Assembly: GCA_963734705.1 (NCBI GenBank)
Contig: CAVTII010000015.1
Span: 400,778 to 464,777 of the forward strand
Reading direction: 5' to 3'
DNA: 64,000 nt
From: an uncultured Acidobacteriota bacterium
Lineage (GTDB): Bacteria; Acidobacteriota; Terriglobia; Acidiferrales; UBA7541
The notes under the pieces are model-generated. The model searched no databases. It was not told where the DNA came from and saw nothing but the letters and a program-made list of their open reading frames with translations. The position numbers were made by a program, and so were the translations under genes. Numbering within the stretch: position 1 is the first letter of the stretch; each line of letters begins with the position of its first letter. This document shows, piece after piece, positions 9,880 through 18,251 of the stretch.

Positions 9880-11538
9880 ATGACGGTTGTGCCGGTGCAT
9901 CCGAAGGGGAGGCGCGCGCGGGTGCTGCTGAGCGCTGTCTTTGGGCCTTACGCACAGGATGATGAATTTGGCAGCCGGGCGATGAACCCGATGGAGCTTT
10001 ATCACAACCAGGTGACGCGGGCGCAGGGGAGCTTTTCGCTGCGGATGTTTCACCGGTCGTGGGGGATCATGCTGATCCAGGCGAATATTGCGGCGCCGTG
10101 CACGGTGCTGGATTTTCCGACGCGGGAGGACTTTGCGCGGGAATTGCGCGAGCAGCTCTACGACGTTGTGGGGATTTCCTCGATCATCGTGAATGTGGGC
10201 AAGGCGCGGGAAATGTGCCGGATGGTGCGAGAGATTTCGCCGGGGTCCGTGATTGTGCTGGGCGGGCACGTGGCGGCGGTGCCGGGGATTGAAACGATGG
10301 TGGACGCGGACTACATCGTAAAGGGCGAGGGGATTGCGTGGATGCGGCGATATCTGGGCGAGGACGATGGCGCGCCGATTCGGCACCCTTCGATTGTGTC
10401 CGGGTTGAAGACGCGAATCATGGGCGTGAGCCTGCCGGAGCGCAAGGGCGGGACGGCGGCGACGATTATTCCTTCGGTGGGCTGCCCGATGGGGTGCAAT
10501 TTCTGCACGACGTCGGCGTTTTTTGGAGGTAAAGGAAAGTTTGTGAATTTTTTCGAGACCGGCGATGAAGTGTTTGAGGTGATGAGCCAGTCTGAACGCG
10601 AACTGGGAGTGCAGACGTTTTTTGTGATGGACGAGAATTTTCTGCTGCACAAGAAACGGGCAATGCGGCTGCTGGAGCGGATGAAAGAGGCGGGAAAGAC
10701 CTGGGGGCTTTCGGTCTTTGCTTCCGCGAACGCGATTCGCAAGTACACGATGCAGGAACTGGTGGAGCTGGGAATTTCGTGGGTATGGATGGGACTGGAA
10801 TCGCCGGAGGGAAAATACGGAAAGCTGCAGGGCACCAACGCGGGCGAATTGACGCGGGAATTGCGCGAGCACGGGATCCGCGTGCAGGGTTCGACGATCA
10901 TCGGGCTGGAACATCACACACCGGAAAATATCGGCGGGGAGATTGAGCGCGCGGTGAGTTACCAGACGGATTATCACCAGTTCATGTTGTACACGCCAGT
11001 GCCGGGCACGCCGCTGCATGCGGAGATGACGGCGCAGGGGCGGATGCTGCCGGGCGTGAATCTGGCGGACATTCACGGGCAGGACAAATTCAATTTCCGG
11101 CACGCAGCGATTTCACGGGAAGAGTCCAAGCGGCTACTGGATTGGGCATTTTGGCGGGATTTTGAGATGAACGGGCCGAGCCTCTACCGGATGTGCCAAA
11201 CGATGCTGCAGGGCTGGCGTAGATACAAGGATTATCCGGACGCGCGGGTGCGCGAGCGGTTCGCGCGCGAAGTGAAGAAGCTGGGGAGCGGGTATAACGC
11301 GGCGCTGTGGGCGATGGAGAAGGAGTTTCGGAGAGTGAATGAGGGCGTGAGCGAGCGGATCCACGGATTGCGGCGCGAGGTGGAGAAGGAATTCCCGGTG
11401 ATCGCGCGGGCGACGGCGGCGGTGGCGGGGCCTTATTTATTGTGGGCGGCGCGGAGGGAAGAGAGAAGATTGGCCGCGGGGAAGACGTATGAGCCGCCGA
11501 CGTTTATTGAGCGGAAGAATTGGGTGGAGGCGGGGTAA
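9880..11538 (+). CDS. B12-binding domain radical SAM protein (class B)
   Basis: Start chosen at MTVVPV, preceded by AGGAG. The N-terminal part is a Rossmann-like B12-binding domain (VVGISSIIVNVGKAREM...VIVLGGHVA). Radical SAM cluster motif: CPMGCNFCTTSAF. Confidence 0.8.
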   Translation: MTVVPVHPKGRRARVLLSAVFGPYAQDDEFGSRAMNPMELYHNQVTRAQGSFSLRMFHRSWGIMLIQANIAAPCTVLDFPTREDFARELREQLYDVVGISSIIVNVGKAREMCRMVREISPGSVIVLGGHVAAVPGIETMVDADYIVKGEGIAWMRRYLGEDDGAPIRHPSIVSGLKTRIMGVSLPERKGGTAATIIPSVGCPMGCNFCTTSAFFGGKGKFVNFFETGDEVFEVMSQSERELGVQTFFVMDENFLLHKKRAMRLLERMKEAGKTWGLSVFASANAIRKYTMQELVELGISWVWMGLESPEGKYGKLQGTNAGELTRELREHGIRVQGSTIIGLEHHTPENIGGEIERAVSYQTDYHQFMLYTPVPGTPLHAEMTAQGRMLPGVNLADIHGQDKFNFRHAAISREESKRLLDWAFWRDFEMNGPSLYRMCQTMLQGWRRYKDYPDARVRERFAREVKKLGSGYNAALWAMEKEFRRVNEGVSERIHGLRREVEKEFPVIARATAAVAGPYLLWAARREERRLAAGKTYEPPTFIERKNWVEAG

Positions 11539-11598
11539 GTTTTTAAAAGCGAAGAAGAGGATTTATCACAAAGGGAGCAGAGGGGCCACAGAGGTCAC

Positions 11599-11665
11599 AG
11601 AGAAGAAAAAAGAAGAGAAGAGAAAGAGAAGAGAAGAGAAGAGAAGAGAAGAGAAGAGAAGAGGA
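11599..11665 (+). repeat. 67-nt all-purine tract with (GAGAA)n microsatellite core
   Basis: The stretch contains only A and G, with about nine tandem GAGAA units. Confidence 0.9.
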
Positions 11666-11666
11666 C

Positions 11667-11698
11667 CCCAAGAGGGCACGATGTATCGTGCCCCTACA
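11667..11698 (+). repeat. REP family b (CCCCAAGAG-GGCACGATGTATCGTGCC-CCTACA)
   Basis: Near-identical copies lie at 15021, 23841 and 40031. Confidence 0.85.
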
Positions 11699-11802
11699 GC
11701 GGTGGCCATCTCTGCCGAGGATATTGATTCAGGGGCGTAGAGGCACGGAAGTAATACAGGAAAGAAGGGTGGACAGGCTGAAACCTATGCTACTGGGAGG
11801 TT

Positions 11803-11828
11803 GGCCGATCTGAAGATCGGCCACTACA
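11803..11828 (+). repeat. REP family a (GGCCGATCTGAAGATCGGCC + ACTACA)
   Basis: 9-bp stem and CTACA tail, just beyond the 3' end of the RAYT gene. Confidence 0.85.
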
Positions 11829-11861
11829 CAAGGCAAGAGGCGTGTGCGCATAGAAGGTTTG

Positions 11862-11886
11862 TGTAGTGGCCAGTCTTTAGACTGGC
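11862..11886 (-). repeat. inverted-orientation REP (TGTAG + TGGCCAGTC-TTTA-GACTGGC)
   Basis: This is the only copy I found with GTAG 5' of the hairpin on the + strand. It overlaps the RAYT stop codon. CCACTACACAA (11821) and TTGTGTAGTGG (11858) form an inverted pair. Confidence 0.65.
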
Positions 11887-12398
11887 GGGGTCGACCTCCA
11901 AACTGGAAAAAATTGTTGGCCGGTTCTCGATTTCTTGATCCACTCGATTGTCTGAGATCCGGAAAACGGATAATCCTCCGGGCGCGTGCAGAGTTGCTTG
12001 CGAACCGGGTTGGCCCAGATGTAGCAAGCGACGCCCTCAATTTCATCTCCTTTCCGCAGGATGTGATCGTAAAAGCTCATTTCCCATAGACGGCGGTTGC
12101 TTTCTTTTTTGAAATCGTAGGCCGTGCGCAGTTTGAACACCCGCACGAGCTCGAAGAGATTCGAGGTGGGCTGGGTTCCATGGGCGAGGAAATGCAGGTG
12201 GTCTGGCATGGCGGAATAGGCATGGAGAAGGAAGAACCGCTTGGCGGCGCACTCACAGAGAGTTGAAAGGACGCGTCTTGCCGTCGGAGGATTTTCGAGA
12301 TAGGGCGAGCGTCGATCACAACAGATAGTTACGAAACGAGCCTTTGTGCCCACGTAGCTCAGAAGTGGGAGGCGGATCGCTTTTCGGTGCACCGGCAT
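11877..12398 (-). CDS. REP-associated tyrosine transposase (RAYT, IS200/IS605 Y1 transposase-like)
   Basis: 173 aa. HUH motif in AMPDHLHFLAHG and catalytic-Tyr region GVACYIWANPVRKQL. The gene is flanked by REP hairpins. Confidence 0.8.
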   Translation of the reverse strand: MPVHRKAIRLPLLSYVGTKARFVTICCDRRSPYLENPPTARRVLSTLCECAAKRFFLLHAYSAMPDHLHFLAHGTQPTSNLFELVRVFKLRTAYDFKKESNRRLWEMSFYDHILRKGDEIEGVACYIWANPVRKQLCTRPEDYPFSGSQTIEWIKKSRTGQQFFPVWRSTPPV

Positions 12399-12473
12399 GA
12401 GACGGACATATAACGTAAATTAAATAGTATTGATAGATATATGTTTGCGCGAGGCGTCGGAGGGCCGACCTTC

Positions 12474-13845
12474 AGAGTCCGTGTGAGAACTCGTCTTGAC
12501 TGGTAATTTATACTGCGGGGGAGGCGAGGGGCGATGAGCAAATTTTTGGAATACCACCCGGATCAGGCGTATCTGTTGCCGCCGAGTGTACGGGATGTGC
12601 TGGGCGAAGGGCATTTGTGTTTTTTTCTGAGGCGCGTGATGGCCAGGATGAACCTGGACCGTTTTCGCGAGGACTATGGGAGCGAGGGCGGGCCGGCCTA
12701 CGCGCCGGAGATGCTGGCGTCGGTGTGGCTGTATGCCTATGCGTTGGGGGTGACCAGTTCGCGGCGGCTGGAGCAGCGCATCCGCGAGGATTTGGCGTTT
12801 CGTTATTTAGCGGGTGGGGCGACGCCGGATCATTGGACGCTGAATGCATTTCGCCGCCGCCACGGGTGCGGGCTGAACGATTTATTCACGCAGGTAGTGG
12901 AGTTGGCGCGAGCCAGCGGGCTGGCGCGACTGGGGCATGTGGCCATCGATTCGACGCGCATTGCCGGAAACGCTTCGCGGAACCGAATCGACAGCGAGCA
13001 GGCGCTGCGTGACGAACGGGCACGCTTGCGGCGGGAGATTCGCCGCTGGCAGAAGCAGTGTGACGGGGAGGATCCGAACGAAGGAGCCGGGGTGCAGGTA
13101 AGTCGGGAAGCGCTTAGCGAGCTGGAGCGGCAGTTGGGAGAAATACCCGTGCGGCTGCAACGCCTGCAGAAAAGCGGGATGCAGAAGATTTCGCGGAGCG
13201 ATCCGGACAGCCGGTTTTTGCGGGAGCGCGGTGGATTCGTGCTGGGTTATACCGGGACGCTGGCGGTGAGCGGGGATCATTTGATCGTCGCGCAGCGGGT
13301 GAGTCAGGAGACCAACGACAATGAAGCGCTGCTGCCGATGATCGATCAGGTGCAACGACGATGCGGCGAATGTCCGCAGCGAGTGAGCGCCGACAGCGGA
13401 TTTTTCTCGCACGCCAACCTGGAAGCATTGGAAGAACGGAGCATCGACGGCTATGTGCCGGACAACAATATGGCGCGGGTGCTGAATCGCGGCGGTCGAC
13501 TGCATCATCCTGCAAGGCACCCGGCGCATCAACGCATGCGACGGAAGCTACGCGACCCGGCAGGCCGGGCAGTCTATGCACGACGCAAGGCAATCGTGGA
13601 ACCAGTGAACGGAGTGCTAAAAGAACAACGAGGAATGCGGCGCTTTCGGATGAAGGGCCTCGAAAAAGTCAAAGTGGAGTGGACCCTGGCGAGCATCGCC
13701 TACAACCTTACCCGCATCTGGCGCAGTAGCTAGCCATTGCGCGGCGCAAAGCAATCCTCACCCCGCGCCCTGCAAAGCAGAATCCGTCTTTTCCCAGCAC
13801 CACGCCCGCCACAAAAATAAAAAACAGAGTCCTCACACGGACTCT
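12474..13845 (+). mobile_element. IS1182/IS5-like insertion sequence (~1.37 kb) inserted in a REP hairpin loop
   Basis: Terminal inverted repeats AGAGTCCGTGTGAGAACTC (12474) and the reverse complement of GAGTCCTCACACGGACTCT (13827..13845). The flanks GGCCGACCTTC / AAAGATCGGCCACTACA are the two halves of a family-a REP. Confidence 0.75.
12534..13733 (+). CDS. DDE transposase, IS1182-family-like
   Basis: 399 aa. The N-terminus resembles the InsH-type transposase N-terminus (YHPDQAYLLPPSVRDVL...HLCFF...YAPEMLASVWLYAYALGVTSSRRLE). The DDE region has HVAIDSTRI...VSADSGF...IVEPVNGVLK. Confidence 0.75.
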   Translation: MSKFLEYHPDQAYLLPPSVRDVLGEGHLCFFLRRVMARMNLDRFREDYGSEGGPAYAPEMLASVWLYAYALGVTSSRRLEQRIREDLAFRYLAGGATPDHWTLNAFRRRHGCGLNDLFTQVVELARASGLARLGHVAIDSTRIAGNASRNRIDSEQALRDERARLRREIRRWQKQCDGEDPNEGAGVQVSREALSELERQLGEIPVRLQRLQKSGMQKISRSDPDSRFLRERGGFVLGYTGTLAVSGDHLIVAQRVSQETNDNEALLPMIDQVQRRCGECPQRVSADSGFFSHANLEALEERSIDGYVPDNNMARVLNRGGRLHHPARHPAHQRMRRKLRDPAGRAVYARRKAIVEPVNGVLKEQRGMRRFRMKGLEKVKVEWTLASIAYNLTRIWRSS

Positions 13846-13870
13846 AAAGATCGGCCACTACACAAGGCAC

Positions 13871-14899
13871 TTAGTTGACTTGGCGGTGGAGGACGGCGGC
13901 GATTTGTTGGATTTCGAATTGGAGGTCGGCGAACTCGCTCGGGAGGATGGATTGAATGCCGTCGGAGAGGGCTTTGTCGGGCTGGTGGTGGACTTCGACG
14001 AGGAGGCCATCGCAGCCGACGGCTACGGCGGCGCGGGAGAGCGGGAGAACTTTGTGGCGTTTGCCGGTGCCGTGGCTGGGATCGACCATGATGGGAAGAT
14101 GGCTGCGTTTTTTGACGGCGGGCACGACGGCGAGGTCGAGGGTGTTGCGGGAAAAATCGGAGAAGGTGCGCACGCCGCGTTCGCAGAGGATGACGTTGTA
14201 ATTGCCTTCGCTCATCACGTATTCGGCAGCCATCAGGAATTCATCGAGCGTGGCAGCCATGCCGCGTTTGAGAAGCACGGGAAGTTTGGCGCGGCCGGCG
14301 CGTTTGAGGAGCGAGAAGTTCTGCATGTTGCGGGCGCCAATCTGGATGACGTCGGCGTATTCCTCGACGAGGTCGAGCGATTCGTTGTCGATAGCTTCGG
14401 TGACGATGCCGAGGCCGTAATGTTTGCGGACTTTTTCGAGGATTTTGAGGCCGGCGAGGCCGAGTCCCTGGAAGCTGTAGGGCGAGGTGCGCGGTTTGTA
14501 GGCGCCGCCGCGGAAAAGGCGCACGCCGGTGGGCTTGAGGAGTTCGGCGGTGCGCAGGCACTGCTCTTCGGTTTCGACGGCGCAGGGACCGGCGACCATG
14601 GCGAGATGCGGGCCGCCGACGAGGACGTCACCCGACGGAGTGGGGATGCGCACGATGGTGGAATCGGATTTAGCGTCGAGGGAGACGAGTTTATAGGGCT
14701 TGGTGACGGGAATGCATTCGACGACGCCGGGCATGGATTCGAGAATGCCGAGGTCGAGCGCATCTTTATTGCCGGTGATGCCGATGGCGGTGCGGCCGGC
14801 GCCGGGGAGCGGATGCGCTTTGAGGCCGAGGGATTCGATTTTTTCGCAGACGGAACGGACTTCGGCTTCCGTGGCGTGAGATTGCATGACGACTAACAT
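13871..14899 (-). CDS. aroF: 3-deoxy-7-phosphoheptulonate (DAHP) synthase, type I-beta with N-terminal ACT-like regulatory domain
   Basis: Start chosen at [14 protein letters not shown] with AAGGAA upstream. Conserved motifs: [47 protein letters not shown]. Confidence 0.85.
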   Translation of the reverse strand: MLVVMQSHATEAEVRSVCEKIESLGLKAHPLPGAGRTAIGITGNKDALDLGILESMPGVVECIPVTKPYKLVSLDAKSDSTIVRIPTPSGDVLVGGPHLAMVAGPCAVETEEQCLRTAELLKPTGVRLFRGGAYKPRTSPYSFQGLGLAGLKILEKVRKHYGLGIVTEAIDNESLDLVEEYADVIQIGARNMQNFSLLKRAGRAKLPVLLKRGMAATLDEFLMAAEYVMSEGNYNVILCERGVRTFSDFSRNTLDLAVVPAVKKRSHLPIMVDPSHGTGKRHKVLPLSRAAVAVGCDGLLVEVHHQPDKALSDGIQSILPSEFADLQFEIQQIAAVLHRQVN

Positions 14900-15020
14900 G
14901 GGCGATTCCTTTGGGTGCGAAGAGAGGAGTGTACTAGAGGGAATTGGGAGGGGCAAATTTGGGAGGGGATTTCACCACGGAGGACACAGAGGGCGCGGAG
15001 TTCGGAGGGGGCCGGGGGAA

Positions 15021-15053
15021 CCCCAAGAGGGCACGATGTATCGTGCCCCTACA
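15021..15053 (+). repeat. REP family b
   Basis: CCCCAAGAGGGCACGATGTATCGTGCCCCTACA, identical to the copy at 11667. Confidence 0.85.
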
Positions 15054-15183
15054 ATTTTTAAAGGTGTGAGTGGGGAGTCCGAACGTGTGAGTGTGGGGTT
15101 GGAATGTGGGGTGACGTTTTTGGTGCGGGGAATTATGATGTGGGCGGACGGGGAGTTAATTAATTGGGGATTGGGAGGCGGAC

Positions 15184-16182
15184 TTGGGGAAGAAATTTTT
15201 GGTGAGGGCGATTGGGTTGGTAGTGGCGGGGATTTTGGTGGGGGGCGCGGCGTGGGGCCAGGGGAAGAAGATGCCGCAGCCGGGGCTGGTGGTGTTGAGC
15301 AAGGATGAGAGCCGGTTGCTGCTGCTGGATCCGGAAACGTTCAAGGTGGCGGGATATGAGTCTACAGGCGCGTATCCGCACGAGGTGGCGGTGACGGAGG
15401 ATGGGAAGCTGGCGATCACGACGAATTATGGGGCGCACGCGGATGGAGATTCACTGTCTGTGATTGATCTGGACAAGCTGCAGGAAGTGGGACACGTGAC
15501 GTATCCGGGATGCAAAGGTCCGCACGGGATTGTGATTCAGGGGAACAAGGCGTATTTCACGAACGAGGGCGACAAGACGGTGGTGGTGTTTGATTTTGTG
15601 GCCAACACGCTGGACCAGCAGATTGTGGAGGGGCAGAAGCGTCCGCACATGCTGGTGCTGACGAAGGATGGGCACACGATTTTTGTGTCGAATGTGGAGT
15701 CGAATAGCGTTTCAGTGCTGACGACGAAAGACGGCAAGTCCTGGGATCAATCGAATATTGGGACGGGAAAAGGGCCGGAAGGGGTAGATATTTCGCCGGA
15801 TGACAAGGAGGTGTGGGCGGCGAATTCGGGGGATGGAACGGTGTCTGTGATTGATGTGAAAAAGAAAAAAGTGGTGGAGAAGATTGATGTGCAGACGAAG
15901 CACTCGAACCGGTTGAAGTTTACGCCGGATGGAAAGCTGGCGCTGATTTCGGATATGGGCAGCGGGGAACTGGTGATTGTGGATACGGCGACGCGGAAGC
16001 AGGTGAAGCGGCTGCCGCTGGGGAAGAGCGCGGAGGGGATTTTGGTGCTGCCGGATGGGTCGCGGGCGTTTGTGGCGGTTAGCGGGGACGATAAGGTGGC
16101 GGTGGTGGATTTGAAGACGCTGGAGGTGACGACGTCGTTTCCGGCGGGGAAGAATCCGGATGGGCTGGCTTGGAGGAAATGA
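15184..16182 (+). CDS. YVTN-family beta-propeller repeat protein, secreted
   Basis: Signal peptide KKFLVRAIGLVVAGILVGGAAWGQG. Repeated units: GPEGVDISPDDKEVWAANSGDGTVSVID and so on. Non-ATG (TTG) start per the ORF track. Confidence 0.75.
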   Translation: MGKKFLVRAIGLVVAGILVGGAAWGQGKKMPQPGLVVLSKDESRLLLLDPETFKVAGYESTGAYPHEVAVTEDGKLAITTNYGAHADGDSLSVIDLDKLQEVGHVTYPGCKGPHGIVIQGNKAYFTNEGDKTVVVFDFVANTLDQQIVEGQKRPHMLVLTKDGHTIFVSNVESNSVSVLTTKDGKSWDQSNIGTGKGPEGVDISPDDKEVWAANSGDGTVSVIDVKKKKVVEKIDVQTKHSNRLKFTPDGKLALISDMGSGELVIVDTATRKQVKRLPLGKSAEGILVLPDGSRAFVAVSGDDKVAVVDLKTLEVTTSFPAGKNPDGLAWRK

Positions 16183-16332
16183 AGAAAGAAGGAAGTGAAG
16201 AGGTAATGAGGTAAGGAAGTAAGGAAAAGGCGTCGGATAAAGATTACCGCAGAGGCAGCAGAGGGGCCACAGAGAGCGCAGAGAAGAAAAGACGAGGGCG
16301 GAGTTGAATGGATGTTGGTGGCGGCTCGCCGT

Positions 16333-16941
16333 TTACTTTCTGGAGATGCGAATTTCTTCCCGCAACTTATCGAATTCTTCGGCGTGGTGGGATTGCGCGG
16401 CCTGTCCGAGCTTGTAGCAGATCAAGAATGCGCTCGCGAAAGAGATGCTCCTGCGAACTGCTTCTTGCACTCGCGGGAAAATAAGATCGAAATGAATTTC
16501 CAGCAAGTGCTCCAGCAGAAGCGTTGCGATCGCCTGGCTCAGGTCTTCCGCGTCGGGCACAGAACCCCATTTTAGGGCAAAATGCCAGACCGGTTCAGGT
16601 TGCGATTCGATAAAATCCTCGATTTTCATGATCGCTTGCCATCGGAGATCGGTCTCGCCCTTAGGCGCGGGCTTGCCGGGGAGGAGCGCTTCCGCGGCCT
16701 GGATTGCGAAGTAAACATTTTTTTCAGCACGCAGGCTGTCGCTGAAGAATTCAAGGACACCCTGCACGTGCCCGTCCGTCAGGCCTTCATATAGACCCAA
16801 GATTTCATCCACCGTAAGACCATCTTGCAGATTATCAAAGAGAGCTGAAACCGGAATGCGAGTGCCGTGAAAGACCCAAGCCCCGCCAAGTTTGCCGGGT
16901 ATGCTTTCCACTGCTGCGCATTGTGACCAGTCGAGTGCCAT
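16333..16941 (-). CDS. DUF433 domain fused to an unknown ~120-aa helical C-terminal domain
   Basis: N-terminal IPGKLGGAWVFHGTRIPVSALFDNLQDGLTVDEILGLYEGL matches DUF433. I do not recognise the C-terminal half. The gene lies in a lower-GC patch. Confidence 0.7.
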   Translation of the reverse strand: MALDWSQCAAVESIPGKLGGAWVFHGTRIPVSALFDNLQDGLTVDEILGLYEGLTDGHVQGVLEFFSDSLRAEKNVYFAIQAAEALLPGKPAPKGETDLRWQAIMKIEDFIESQPEPVWHFALKWGSVPDAEDLSQAIATLLLEHLLEIHFDLIFPRVQEAVRRSISFASAFLICYKLGQAAQSHHAEEFDKLREEIRISRK

Positions 16942-17239
16942 TTATTGGAGTTTAAAAACGTGGGGGTATAGTGTCAATTTTTAAGAGTGCGAGAGTAGCT
17001 AAGCACTTTAGATCGCGTTCTTACAAGCAACCTTCCAAACGTCCTTTAACATAGATTTTTGTAAGAATGTCGGTTGGCGATGCGTCATTGATCTGCCCAG
17101 AGTTTTTCCCCTGAAAATCGAAAGCAATATAAATATTGTGCTCGCTACAGACCCAAGGGGCGTCCTCTTCCGCTATTTTGACCCAGTCTGTCCAGGCCGC
17201 GCAGGCACCCAGAGAAGCCTGCTGGAATTGTACTCCTCG

Positions 17240-17437
17240 CTATTTCAGGTATTCCTCAACGGGCTTGCGAGTCATCCCAGGAGCTAAGTCGCGAGTATAT
17301 GTGGCTAGAATCGCCTGATACCCAGCGTTACGTATTTCCTCTTTCTGCTTGCGGCGGGACGAACGGACGAGAAAGATCAGAGTTAAGAGGCCAAAGAATG
17401 CGATTGAGGCAGTGAGGAAAATTCTTCGCATCAGCAA
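17240..17437 (-). CDS. small membrane-anchored protein (65 aa as called; frame continues after in-frame TAG to 17021)
   Basis: TTG start. TM segment IFLTASIAFFGLLTLIFLV. After TAG the same frame reads RGVQFQQASLGACAAWTDWVKIAEEDAPWVCSEHNIYIAFDFQGKNSGQINDASPTDILTKIYVKGRLEGCL and then TAA. Confidence 0.45.
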   Translation of the reverse strand: MLMRRIFLTASIAFFGLLTLIFLVRSSRRKQKEEIRNAGYQAILATYTRDLAPGMTRKPVEEYLK

Positions 17438-17631
17438 TTATCATAACGCGGAAAGCGCAGCGAACGCGTAACCCGTCACGAGTGTGCTCAAACCGAGCAT
17501 CTTTGCCTGTACCATATGATCGAACAAACTAAAGAATAAATGAACAGGGACAATGGGAGAGGACTATACTGAGGCGAAAGTGGGCCCGATAAACCGTCGG
17601 CGCGGAGTGGCGCCGGGATTGGAGATCGGCC

Positions 17632-18051
17632 ATGCGATTGTTACTTGGGTGTGTGGTGGCGGTTCTGCTGTGGCAACAACCTTCCGCAGATACGAAGAAA
17701 CCAACTGAAGATAAAACCGCGGTGCAGGCGCCTAGCGCTGCGGAGACTACGGGCGGGTCGGTTGCCGTGAAGGCGACTCCGGCTTCGCTGGCGTCCGGGA
17801 AGAAGATTTATTCGACGGACTGTTTGATGTGCCATGGGAAAGAAGGCGCGGGCGACGGAGATCTAGCAGTAGATATGAAGTTGAGTTTGAAGGATTTTCG
17901 CGACCCGGCGGTGTTGAAGGATGTGAGTGAAAAAGAGATGTATGAGCTGATTGATAAGGGCAAAGGGAAGATGATGGGGGAAGAGGGACGGTTGAAGGCG
18001 GAACAGATTTCGGATGTGGCGAAATATGTGCGGTCGCTGGGGAAGAAGTGA
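17632..18051 (+). CDS. class I c-type cytochrome, secreted
   Basis: Signal peptide MRLLLGCVVAVLLW. Heme motif CLMCHG, with a distal Met in GKGKMMG. Confidence 0.8.
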   Translation: MRLLLGCVVAVLLWQQPSADTKKPTEDKTAVQAPSAAETTGGSVAVKATPASLASGKKIYSTDCLMCHGKEGAGDGDLAVDMKLSLKDFRDPAVLKDVSEKEMYELIDKGKGKMMGEEGRLKAEQISDVAKYVRSLGKK

Positions 18052-18251
18052 GGGAAGAAAGAAGTTTTAAGTTTTAACTCGAGAAACGCCCGTGAGGGGC
18101 GTAGGAGCTTTGGAAGATTTCGAAGTATGCGTACGGCGGCCAGCGAGGTAGCTGGCAGTAGTCCTGGTGTAAATCCTTAATACAAGTCAAAAGTGATTTC
18201 AAACACGACGCGAACGGGGACAGGTTCACCCTTGGAATCCCGTGCAGGTTT

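Noticed and set aside
1399-17242. Pyrrolysine or general amber reassignment to explain the three in-frame TAG codons.
   Set aside because: TAG terminates many clearly intact genes in the same window at their expected ends, no pyl genes are seen, and the stop contexts share no motif.
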